From: Peribolospora baueri
Taxonomy: Eukaryota
Direction of reading: 5' to 3'
Length of the DNA stretch: 64,000 nt
NCBI GenBank assembly: GCA_029717555.1
Contig: JAMDHS010000071.1
Span: forward strand, 1 to 64,000
The position numbers and the translations under genes are program-made. Position 1 is the stretch's first letter; each line of letters starts with the position of its first letter. Under the pieces are notes generated by a model. The model was not told the DNA's origin. It did no database searches and saw nothing but the letters and a program-made list of their open reading frames with translations. Positions 1 through 11,591 of this stretch are shown piece by piece.

Positions 1-453
1 TATCCGCCCAAACTTCAAACGCTTATAACTCTGCTTTTTCTCTCTTGCTTTTGCTTCGGATTTCGCTTTCATGGTCTTCTATTATTCCTCTACCAATCTA
101 TGTACTTTATATGCATTCAAAGTGCCTACTTAAAATGCTGGCTTTCAACGGTGGGTGATCGAGCTCTTCGCATGTGTGTGTGTGTGTCGTCCGCCTCTTT
201 CCTCCCCAAGCTAAGAATACTTTTGTCACCGCTCAGGTTTCCTCCAGAGTTCCCCGTCCAGCATCAGCACCTCTGTCCCAGCCTCCGCCCCATCCTCGTT
301 CCTGTCCTCGTCCCTGTCCCCGACTTGCCTGCTCCTTGCTTTGCGTCGACTTCCGGTGGACCTCCATTCTGTCCTCCGTCCCTCGCTCGTGACCCGACCT
401 GAATAGGGAAGTCCTCCCTGACACTGTTTCACACGTCGTTCCGGACAAGTGGC

Positions 454-467
454 GGGGGGGGGGGGGG
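454..467. repeat. G14 homopolymer
   Basis: Fourteen consecutive G bases. Confidence 0.9.
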
Positions 468-940
468 ATGGAGAAGGAGAGGGAGGACGTGGAGGGCGTT
501 TCGGCAAGCCTCGGCAGAATGTCGGCGCATGGCCTTGGGGTGGCACCTGGACGGACAGGAGACGACGTGCGCAGGGGTTCGAGGACGTCGGCAACTGTGC
601 GATCTGTGCCTCGTCCAGTTCAGCGCATCGTCGAGCGCATCGTCAGGGTAGCTGTCACAGTACCTGGCCCAGATCACCATGTAGGCTAGGTCATGTGATC
701 GGTGGACGGCGAATCATTCTTCGTTTCGGCCGCTTCTCGGTATCGTCAATGTTCTGAACACAACCGTCGTTCACAACGACGCTGTACTTTAATTGTCTCA
801 TTAAGGGTGTCTCGCCGACGATTCCTAAGGCGGCGGCTCGTTCTTTTGGCTCCTAGTTGTAAAGGTACATGATGTACAAACAGCGTAATGAAAAGAAAAG
901 CGAGCTAGAGCTGGACGCCGTGCGAGCACCCAACAACGCT

Positions 941-3900
941 TCAGAATCCAGACGTGGCGACCTGACGAGAAGAAGGATACGAGATCGATGGTCAGTGCGA
1001 TAAGAAATGGTCATGGGATTGGGTATGAAAACTGAAACCAAAACGCACCCTGATCTGGTCCAGCTTCTTCATAACATCTCCGGCAGTGCGGTCCAGCTCC
1101 TCGGCGATAGCAGTTTGCCTACGCAGATAGACAGCATGACGAGGTGACAGGCGATGGTGGTTATCGGTTAGACAAAACGAACAGAGCTGCGTTGGAGCAT
1201 ACCACGAGACCTAGGCTCTCAATTATGATGAGTACAACCAAACTCACCTTTGATGGCTGAGCAAAGCAAATGCCTCGCAGAGCTCTCCGTCGACGACCGC
1301 CTTCACCGGAGCGTAATAGCCACGATACGCAAGATGATCCCTGCCCACCAGACTAAAGTTCTCCGTGCGCATGTGCATTTCCAGGGTGCTGAAAAAGTCA
1401 ACGTCCTCCCGACTGACAAAGGGGACCAGGATGCCGATAGTGCCCATCAAACCGGTGTAGAGCAAAACTTCCCTGCCGCCGGCGACGAGATTGGTCCGCG
1501 TCACAGAGGTGACGATATCGCCAATGTTATAGTGGACGAGAAGCGAAGTCTTGTGAGGTGCCCCCATGAAAAGGCTCTTCTCGTGGGCGATACTAGCTCC
1601 GATCGGGTCCTCGTCGACCTCCCTACTCGTGGCAGAGTCGAGTCGAGACACAAAGATGTTGCCAAACTTATCGCCAGCCGCGACTGTCTCGTAATCTACC
1701 ATCGTTAAAGAGGTGGAGAAGCGCGGCTGAGTATCGTCAGCAAAGACGAGGAGGCGGTTCTCCGGCGGCTTGTAGACGGCATACATGACCGACTGTTGGG
1801 CGTCGCCGATGATAATACGCGAACCTTGAGTGGCCAAAGAGACGATGAAGCTGGACACGGGCTGCCGGGGAGCAACGCCACATTTAATACAATAAAATGC
1901 AATTAAGTAAGTGATTCGCCAACGAATGGAAGAGTATATATCTCGCGTGTTGCTGGCTCACCTTGCTCTCGCATTTCCTAAGGAGTTTCTTTTTGCCCAA
2001 GTCGTAGATTCTGAGTGTTTTACCAACGCCAGTAACGAGCCTACCCTGGAAAGAAAGCAGCGCGAGCGGGATGTCGTCCACCTCGGTCTTATATACCAGT
2101 TCGAGACCTCGACCTTCCTCTACAAATCGGTATGTAGAAAGGTAGGCGACCTTGCACGTCCGAGGCGCAAGATGGGCTCCCACCGCCGAGCCGACGACGA
2201 GGAAGCTCTCGCCAGAGTGGTTAGCAAACGGCACCACGGCGACGCTGAATGCCGCCTCGTTCTCCTCCAGGTCCAGGGTCGCAACGGTGGTCATATCGTG
2301 AGGGGATACGATGCGAAGACAAGACGCCCAGTTACCTTCGCCGGCCCTGATCAGGCCGAACTGAGAAGGATCGAGGTCCAAAACACCGCGGTCGACCAAT
2401 TCGCCTGGAGGAACTTTCTCGGTGAGCAAGCGTTCGGCCATCGACGGCGTAAGTGCCCGATGATCTGCTTCAGCGATATAGAAGTACTTGTTGGAGGGGT
2501 GAGGAACGAATTGGCGCGGCGTGTACGAAAGTGGGACACTGTCCTGCTTGAGTTTGCTTCCGAGCGACGAGATAGTGAAGATTCTGAGCGTGGTTGAGGT
2601 AATAGACGTCTAATTCAGCGTCACAGCTTCAAATTCCACTGGCCCCTTGGGTCTGCAGAAACCGCCTTCGGGCTTGCAGCCCCCGAGCCCACAGCCGCGC
2701 AATCGAATCATTGATACGGTCCTTCCTTGCTCCCATCCGCGACTACATCCACGACCAGAAAGCAGGGCAGATCTCCTGAAGGTATAGCTCACCTAAGATC
2801 GTTCCCAGAGATACCAATCAGTCCCTCGGGACACAGCTCGGCGCTGAAGCTCCACGCGTGGTCGAGTGGATCAGCGATCAGAGGCGTGAAGTGGTGCAGA
2901 TTCTGATGCGTATAACTGAGCCAGGATCGGCTGGAGAGGGCGAGGACTGAAGATTGGCCTTGAACGGGAACTCGAACTAATCGCACGGATCGTGACCCAA
3001 GAAATCTTGTTCGGACGTCCGTGAGCTGCCCGTTAATTGGGTCCAAGACGGTCCGAAGCAGGACACCATTCTGCAGGCCGATATTGACGAATAAGGTGGT
3101 GTGATTCTTGTCAATGCTCACGTCAAGCATTTCGGCAATGCAAACGCTCGACGGCGGTGCGGTGAGGGCTTGGATGGAGATGGATTCGAGCGTAGATTCT
3201 GGGTCAAGGGAAATGACTCGAACTGTTTGGTCGTCGCACCCGACAGCCTGCGGTAGTCAGACAGGCGTAGTCAGAAAGAGCTATTAAGGAGATCGTACTC
3301 GAGCATAAGCTCATAAAAGCTCACAAGGTAGGGATTCCGCTGTCGTCCCTCTGGCACCTCGCCCACGCTCATGGCCAAGACCTTGGCGCCCATGGGCTTG
3401 CGGTCCTGGTACTCGTTCAGCTGGCCATCCATGTCCAACTCGAAGTAGACCAGCTCATTAGTGCTCAAAGCGATGACGATCTGCCGTTGATTAGTTGTGG
3501 CGGAAACAATCGTCGCCTCCCTCCCGTCCGCCGTTTGCGGTGTCCGCCACTCGTTCACGCGGCGGTCGGCAAGGACGTGCCGAATGCCGTGCGGGTGAAC
3601 TTGAAGGAGCGCATCGTCGCCGAGCTGCTGTACCGCGAGGGTCGGCGCGGAAGAGACGAAGCCCGTGTCCGACACTTCCTCAATCGTTTCCCCAATAGAG
3701 AGGACAAGAGTGCCATTGATGAACGACAGGATGATGTAGGCGTCATATTGATCTGCGCGATCAGTGAAACAGACCGAAAATCAGATTAACAGGCCGAAAA
3801 CCCAACGGTGACATCTTAGGGCTACCTCACCATCTCTTCTAAGCTTGGTCGTCCAAACCGCATTCGGCACGCCTGGTAGTTTGGAGCTGACCGCCTCCTC

Positions 3901-5665
3901 CACTTCCAAACCGTGTCGAAGCATCTTAAAACTACTCCTCGCACCGCGCCCACATGCTGTGAAGATCTGAGGCGTGTCCGCGCCCGGGAGAACATTGAGG
4001 ACTTTGGCGTCGAGAATGGGATCGAGCGCGGGAAGCTCGTCGGCCAACAAGAGGTTGTCGAGAGGGCGGGGCGTGAAGAGCGGCGGCGCTGGCGGAGGAT
4101 CTAGAGCACCAAAGGACGGATAGTCGGTGGAAGAGAATTCGGGCTGATCGTCGTCGTCACCTAGCTTTTGGAAGGAGTACAAATACCTGCTTGCCGAATG
4201 ACAAAAATGAGCGAATAAATTGACGAACACGAGGTACTTAATTTGCCGAAAATAAAACTTCGACACTCACGAGTTGCCCATCTCGCTGGCAACGAACAAG
4301 AAACCAGCACGAAGGATGCAAAGACTGGAGGCGACCGGGACGGTATCAAAGTACTTTATCTTGAGCGCCCGGATCTCATCGTCCTCGTGCTCAATGGTGA
4401 CCTTGTACAGATCACCGAACTCAGATTGTAAGAGAAAGAAAAAGGCGCCCTGTAGGAAATAGGGTGGACCAAGGTCAGAGGAAGTCGATGATGAAACGTC
4501 TAAAAAGGGCGCACCTTCATCTTGTGCATCACACTGGCAACGATCAGTGTGCCCCGGCTCTCATCGACCTCCTCGAGCGGATTTCGTCTCCGGGGAATCG
4601 GCACCCGATGCGTCTCTGCTCCTTGGTGCTTATAGGTGACGTAGTCCTCCGAGCACACCAGCACGCCCGAAGGCCCGTCCCACCGGTTCTGCGCAGCTGA
4701 ATGACCGCCCGGAACTTGGAGCAGCATGTTTGCCCGAGGATCCACTGCTTCGGACCACTTTCGCACAACGTGGTTCAAGCCAAGATCGAGCTCGTAATAG
4801 GTCAACAGCTGGAGAGGAAGAAAGGGTAGGAGTCTGAGCACACTGCAACTGAGGAGCACATATCAGGAAATTGCACGCGGCGACGCACTTTCTCAGTATT
4901 TTCGAAAGCCTCTCCTGTTGGATCCTGATCCGCCTCCGCATAATCCACCTCCAAAGCGGCGAACAAGGGGTTCTCAAAACCTACGTCCACGCCAGTGATG
5001 GCGTGTATGATAGCATTTTGCTTGTGCGCCTCGAGCGGGCTAGAGATCGTCAAGTTGGCGGCTGAGTCACGGTTGAGGATGTATACCAGCTTTGCCTTTT
5101 CCATCGCCCCGATCATAACCGCTCGACCTTTGGGATCGGTAGCAAGGTACTGCCCGGGGACGATGCGGCGCGATCCGGACTTGCCGAACGTCTCTTGATG
5201 GACTTTGTTTAAAGTATTGGTCCGGGGAATATATTCGAGAATGACGATCCGTCCAGAGTCTGAGCCGACAATGATGTAGTCTGCGGTAGCGGAAGGACAA
5301 GGATTCAGGTCAACGGTCCAGGGAGACATGACAAAAGGAGGCGAAGGGAGATGAGAACGTCTGCGTCCCGCCCATAAACCGCATCCTAGCTCGTACACTA
5401 TCCATCCATATAACCATCATATCGAATCGGATTACTCACCTTTGCTTCCTCCGGTTAATTTGAACGCCGCGAGAGACCTGACGATGCCAAACACCTCATG
5501 ACTGAGCAGGACGCTGACCTTCCCGGTGGCAGTGTCGGGCTTAAGGAGCTCTAGACGAGTGCCCTTGGCCAGCACAATCTCCTGCTGCCGGGTGCCGGAG
5601 AAAGAGCCGACGATGGCTTGTGTGACCTCCGAAGCGGGCGAGAGGGTAAGGTTATAGAGATGCAT
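941..5665 (-). CDS. RSE1: Pre-mRNA splicing factor Rse1 / SF3B3 (SAP130), multi-exon
   Basis: Begins [23 protein letters not shown]. Exon ORFs carry [63 protein letters not shown] and [24 protein letters not shown]. Manually spliced last exons give ..[24 protein letters not shown] with TGA at 941-943. Confidence 0.97.
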
Positions 5666-6039
5666 GGCTGGCTGCTGGCTGGCTGATTGGATGGGTTGGG
5701 TGGATGGGTGCCGTCGTTCGGCCGAACAAATGCGCCCGCGGAGACGTACCTACAAAAACCTCGAAAAAAGCGACGGGACTAGGGGAGAGAAAATCCGGCA
5801 AGTTGGAGGGGCACACGACTAGGTCACCGAAGCAGACGTTGGGCCTTGGAGGAAGAAGCAATGAGAAGTCAGTCGGGTCGTCGATCAGCTGCTGGAGCAC
5901 CTACGGTGCCGCAGCAACATCGCGGGCAAAGCGCCTACCCCCGCCTACGTCCGGCACCGTATGTAATCAATTGCCACCCCGCCTCCAGCAATCGGTAGCG
6001 AACTACATACTATACATAGAGTACGACCAAAAACGGTCC

Positions 6040-7480
6040 ATGGGTACTCCACCGTCCTTCAACCCTTCCTCCGACTTGCACAGCGAAGAGAGGGCGGAGC
6101 AGGGAGAGGAGGTGGTGCTTGACCGCGCCCCACCCAAACTCCCGGATGCCATAACAGCGGCGGAGGGGGAGCAGCAGCTCACCCAAGAGAGGGAAGCAGA
6201 GGCAGACATTGAGCGGACCGGTGGGACGGCCTCCTCAGGCGCTCAGAGGGATCACCCGAGTTGCGAGGACCGAGAAAAGGCGGACGTAGATGCGGGAAGG
6301 CTGGCATCCTCGGACTTGTCACGCTCTCCGCGGCAGGTTCCAGTCGTGCCACCTGTCCAAGCCCCCCTTCTTCTTCGTCAGGCCGCCCGTCTCTCCCTCC
6401 TGGCATTTTCATCTATCTGGGGCGTTCTAATTCGCCTCGGGCTTACAGCCCTTAATACTTACGACGGTGATAGCGTTGCTCCGCTTGTTTGGGCACAGGC
6501 AACGGGATGCCTCATCATGGGTTGCGCGGTCGGCAGGCGAGAGGACATCACCAAAATGTAAGCCTTCCTGCCGGATTTTTGTATTCGTTCGCTGCTTCTG
6601 TCCACCAACGCTGACGACTGGAACCGTCCTCCTTATTCAGCTCTCCCCCGCTCTATGCCGCCATCACGACGGGTCTGTGCGGAAGCATCACCACGTTTTC
6701 GAGCTGGATGCTGCAGGTGTTTCAGGCGTTCGGCGACCAAGAACATTTCCACCGGCATGGTCTTCACAACGTGAGCGCACACACATTTACTGACGTGCTT
6801 TTTGGACAGTTCTCCTCACGCTTTGTGCTCTTTTCGCACAGGTCATGGACGCCCTATCACAGACGGCGGTGACTTTGGGCATGTCGCTGATCAGCTTCCA
6901 GGCGGGCTTTCACTTGACGCGCTCGCTGCCACCTCTACCAGCTTTCGAAGGTCGGACGCTGAGCCGTTTCTTCATCCCGGCTGCAACACTCTCGCTCGGT
7001 GCTGTCCTTTGGCTCGGCGCCGTGCTCGTCTGCGCCTTCTGGCCTTCCCATCGCGCCATCACATTTGCCCTTGTCCTCGCCCCGCTTGGTACCTGGCTCC
7101 GCTACTACCTCGCCAAGCTCAACGTGCGGTATTCGCCTCCGCAGCGCGCCCCATTTGCTGTCGGCACGTTCACTGCTAATATGCTCGCCACCGTCGTCCT
7201 GGCTGGACTCGTTGCAGCCCAATACGCGGGACGGCCTGGCGCGCGACCGCTTGGTTTGACGACGTGCTCAGCACTGCAAGGCCTCTCTGACGGGCTGTGC
7301 GGGTGCCTTAGTACAGTTAGCACCTTCGTCGTTGAACTCGTCACGCTCAAGCCGCGGTGGACAAGCGTTAGATATGCTTTTGCAAGTTGGGTATCGGGCC
7401 AGGTGTTGATGGTGCTGATTCTCGGCAGCGTATGGTGGTCAAGGAGCCTGGAAGGGGGCTGCCGATCGTACCCGACCTAA
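6040..7480 (+). CDS. FEX1: Fluoride exporter FEX (two fused Fluc/CrcB domains), 3 exons
   Basis: Hydrophobic helices with two Fluc signature motifs, TTGLCGSITTFSSW and DGLCGCLSTVSTF, plus GVLIRLGL, APLGTWLRY and GTFTAN. GT-AG introns near 6558-6640 and 6771-6841. Start taken as MGTPP at 6040. Confidence 0.92.
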
Positions 7481-8388
7481 TACCTTATACCACAGGATAG
7501 ATAGAAACCAGCATTTCGCGAGTGGACGTCATCGATTTCCGTTGGCGACTATCTACTCGCCGACTAGAGACACCATGGTATCGTTAACCCTTCGCACTTT
7601 GGTCATTTAATGTACTTGAAACTTCATTGTCCGCGCAGGTAAGTTATCGGAAGTGGTCGTGCAATTAAGATCATCAAAAAAATTCCCTGGCGCTTCGAAG
7701 GACGTCAATGAATCTTTATCCGACGTTCGACCTCGACAGCCCCGCCTCCGTGCCCTCCTTCAGACCACTTACGGCGGGGCGCTGATCATGACAGGGTCAT
7801 GCCCGTAGATAGCTCCCTATGAACGCGAAGACGTGCTCGAAGTGTATCGAGGGCGGTTGAGCGCTAGGCAACAGGTTCGACGCCTCCACCGGTGGCAGGT
7901 ATCTTTAGATATCCCACGCCACGGATGAAGTCAGTAAAGAGCTGATTGGGTGCTCGCGGCACACGAGCGGCCTTGCTCTTTGCTGTCGTGTGTTTTTTTT
8001 TTCGAAGACCCAATGGCTGAGAATGGATCTAGCGTCAGAGTGAAGCGGAGACGATCGAAGCTCGAGGGAGCGTACAACGAAAACAAATCCAGCGAGGGTG
8101 CAAGTGGCTGAGTTTACCATCAACAGATGTCTAGTTTAAATCCCCGTCTTATGAACGATACGCCTAGCCCCCTGTTCAACTTCTTCATCAGCTTAGGGAT
8201 GTATCCTTGCTTCTAGTGGCAGTAGCCCCCATGGGATGATGATGATGTGGAAGAAGTTAAAGCAGGCGTTGGCTCTAGCCCATGTCAGAATGCTGACTAA
8301 GCGACGCAAATGCGACTTCTTCGATCATCATTCGAGCGGACCCCAGCGTAGACGCACGTCTTCCTACAAACTCATCACCTTCATCAGG

Positions 8389-11300
8389 ATGGGAAGAAGC
8401 AGCAAGGCAGGGCGCAGCGCGATACAGCCCAAGGGCAACGGACGAGGGCGCGGTAATACCACCCCGAATTTTTCACAAGACAGACAGGCGGCAGCCGCGG
8501 CCGCGGCTCGTCGGGAAGCTGTCACCCGGCTTGAGTCTGCATTCATCAAGCTCCCTGCCCAAACGCTCCAGCGCTCTCGCTTCCTGGCCTCTCTCCCGCT
8601 TCTGAGGCCAATATTACCGGAACTGACCGTTCTCTGTCCAAATGATCTGGGCGGCGGAAAGGAGCTGCAGGACAAGAAGGGCACCCGGGCGCAAGACGAA
8701 AAACAACTGAGGCTCCCCAACAGGCCGAGGTGGAGGTTCGAAGGGATGTCCAAGAGGGAGCTCGAGGCAAACGAGCGGGCGGTATTTGAAAACTGGCTAG
8801 AGGAGACGGATGGGCTGATGGAGAGTATGGAGCAGTGCGGCGACGGCGACGGCAGCGTCGATAGAGACGGGATGCCGGTTGAAGAAACAGGAAAGATCGG
8901 GGCTGTGGTACAATCGGCGTTGTTGGGAGGTTACTATGAGCGGAACTTGGATGTATGGAGGCAGCTTTGGAGAGTCACTGAGCGATCAGATATATTGCTC
9001 GTCCTCGTTGACTGTCGGTGAGCGCTAGCTTTTGTCCTCCTTCTACGGCTATAATTTCGTTAGTATGGTGCAACAGGGCTTCAGTCACTGATTCTCCTAC
9101 CTTCTGACTCCTTCTTCCGACAATCAATGCACTTTGGATTTATTTGTTTGTAGGTGCCCGCTCATTCATTATCCGCCCTCTCTGGACGCCTACCTGTCAC
9201 GCTTCTCTCGTCTCAAAATCATCCTCGTCCTCACAAAGAAGGACCTCGTGCCCGACGTCATTGCAGAACGTTGGGAGGATTGGTTCCGAAAATCCTACCC
9301 TGGCATCTCAGTAGTGTCTGTGGAGAGTTATCAAAAGGAAAAAGTTGAGGAAGGTGAATACAGACGGCTGCGGGAGCCCAAGTCAAGTGTATGTGCCATT
9401 CTCGCTGATCAGAATGCCCTCATTCCGCTCTTTTTTTAAAGGGAACACCGACCCAACCAGACCTAGACGACGAGAGCGTATCCCTTACATCTCCCCGTCT
9501 TCACGTCGTGCGCTATTTGCGGCCCTGAGAAAAGCTCACGAAGAGCTGTTGACGCCACCGAAGCAGATCGCTTCAAGGCCGGAGCGACTACGGAACTGGA
9601 CACCAAGGGTGGCAGAAAGGGTGGACTGGGATGCGGCAGAAGCAGGTTCTCAAATTCTGCGAGAAGCGGTGGATGAGGAAGGTAGTCGGAAGTATGCAGA
9701 GCGACCATGGAAAGGACGCGGAAGGGGGCCGGGGAGGAAGGAAAAACTCGGGAAAGAGGCTGAAGAGTATCTTGGGCAGGGTTCTAAAGCACAGAGGAAG
9801 AAGGCGCGAAGGCTCGGCCGAATCGAGGATCTCGAGGCAAAGGCCCAGAGATCAAGGGAGGGCTTGCGAACGCAGAAAGCCAGTGCGGCAGAGGAAGGGG
9901 ACGATGGGGACGACGGGGAGGATAATATGAGCGGCGAAGGCGTGAGCTGTGGGAATGGGCAGGCTGAAAAGAGCGAGGAAAGCGATGCATTCTCAACCGA
10001 GGCACCTGCGGACAACCATGGAGCAGCAACCACCTCCAATCCGCGTATCAACAATTCCCTGACCGTGGGACTCATTGGTGGGTCTCGAATTGATCCTCAA
10101 TGGTTTCCCATGTCTACCACCGTCGTGCTCAAACCTACCTCCTCGGTTCCTTTGATGCTTCCAGGTCAACCCAACGTGGGCAAAAGCAGTCTTCTTAATG
10201 CCCTCTTAGGCGGCAAGTTTGTGCGAGCTTCTAAAACGCCCGGCAAGGTGCGTTATATTAATCTTATAGCTCTTGAGACTAGGTTTGGAAGCTCGGCTAG
10301 CTTGACGCTGAAATTCATCCTCCGGATCGCACCTGCTCAGACTAAACATTTTCAGACTTTTTTCCTTACCGACGACATTCGGATGTGCGATTGTCCTGGC
10401 TTGGTCTTCCCCAGCTGCTTCGGTGCAGAGATGCAGGTGAGCCCACCTCCTTTGGTCCATGCGAAAGGCGTTGGAAGGCAGCAAATACTAACTCGCGAGC
10501 CTACTATCTTTATGCAGGTCCTCTCGTCGATCATCCCTATCTCACAAGTGCAAGATGTAGTCGGCTGCGTCCGCTATCTCGCTACGCTTCTTCCGCTCGA
10601 GCGCGTCCTTAGTCTACCCGATGTCCCACAGGATGACTTTGAAGATGATACAGACGCTTATGCCGAGCTCCATCGTCGGGAGCGAGAAGCCAGGCGTCTC
10701 ATGATGAGCGACAAAAAACCAGGTGCCGAGAAGGAGACTTCAAAGGAGCAGTCCTGGACGGCAATGTCTTTGCTTGAGACGTTAGCCAAGCGTGAGAAGA
10801 TACTTACCGCCAAGGCTGGTAGGCCGGACGTGAACAGGGTTGGAAACGCTGTGTTGCGGTAAGTCCCTTAATGTAGAGGCCGTTACCTATTTTTTTAACT
10901 ATAACGACCGTGCTCGAAATTGAGCTGAATAGGATGGCTTCGATTTAGGTACTGAACGTTGTTATTTTCTGTGTTCGATGACAACAGCGCCGCCGTTGAG
11001 AGTCGAATACGATGGGCATTTCGACCACCAGATGGGAAAACGGATGTCATGACTGCATTCGGTGTTGGAATTCTCCTCACATCTACTGGCGACGATGGAT
11101 CCTTCAAAGAGAACTCCATCATCGATTTTAAGGCGCCAGGGCGGGACACAGAAGATGAAGGAGTTGATGGCACGGAAAGCAATAAGGGGTTTGCATCGGA
11201 GGAGGAAGGGAGGGAAGAGGAGACGTCGCGGGACAATGAAGAGGAATCGATCGCCAGGCACGACGGAGACGTCGACGTGCGACGAGGAGGCAAGGGTATA

Positions 11301-11417
11301 GTGGGAGCCGCAAGCCTTTTCGCTGCGTTGACTGTCGAAGGTCACGAGGTCGAAGAGGACGAGGACGAGGACGAGGACGATGAAGAACATAATGAGGGCG
11401 ATAGACTGGAGGAGTGA
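8389..11417 (+). CDS. Circularly permuted GTPase of the LSG1/GNL1 family, GNL1-like
   Basis: YYERNLDVWRQLWRVTERSDILLVLVDCRCP. Motif order is G4 (VLTKKDL), G1 (GQPNVGKS), G2 (TPGKTKHFQT), G3 (DCPGLVFP). Also has AGRPDVNRVGN and an acidic C-terminal tail. Confidence 0.9.
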
Positions 11418-11591
11418 AAAGTCGCCAATGATGAAGTGAGTTGGAAACGCCTTGCCACCCTTACGAATCAAAGTCGTGTACCTCACTTTCTTGTAATGGA
11501 ACTGGTGCAGGAGTTGCCAAATGGAGCAGGCTGGATTACGTCTTAAGATTTTAACAAAAAGAGCCAACCTGGAAGGGCTCCTAATTACATT

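Noticed and set aside
100..760. Overlapping 70-120 aa ORFs and a small CGTCGTT/AACGACG inverted repeat downstream of RSE1
   Set aside because: No motif or convincing exon structure; consistent with GC-rich intergenic sequence.
5704..6039. 112-codon in-frame upstream extension of the FEX1 ORF
   Set aside because: It starts only 39 bp from the divergent RSE1 ATG, runs through the shared promoter and has no protein-like features. MGTPP at 6040 is the more plausible start.
7850..7895. GGTTCGA T-loop-like motif suggesting a tRNA
   Set aside because: No acceptor stem, D-arm or anticodon arm can be folded.
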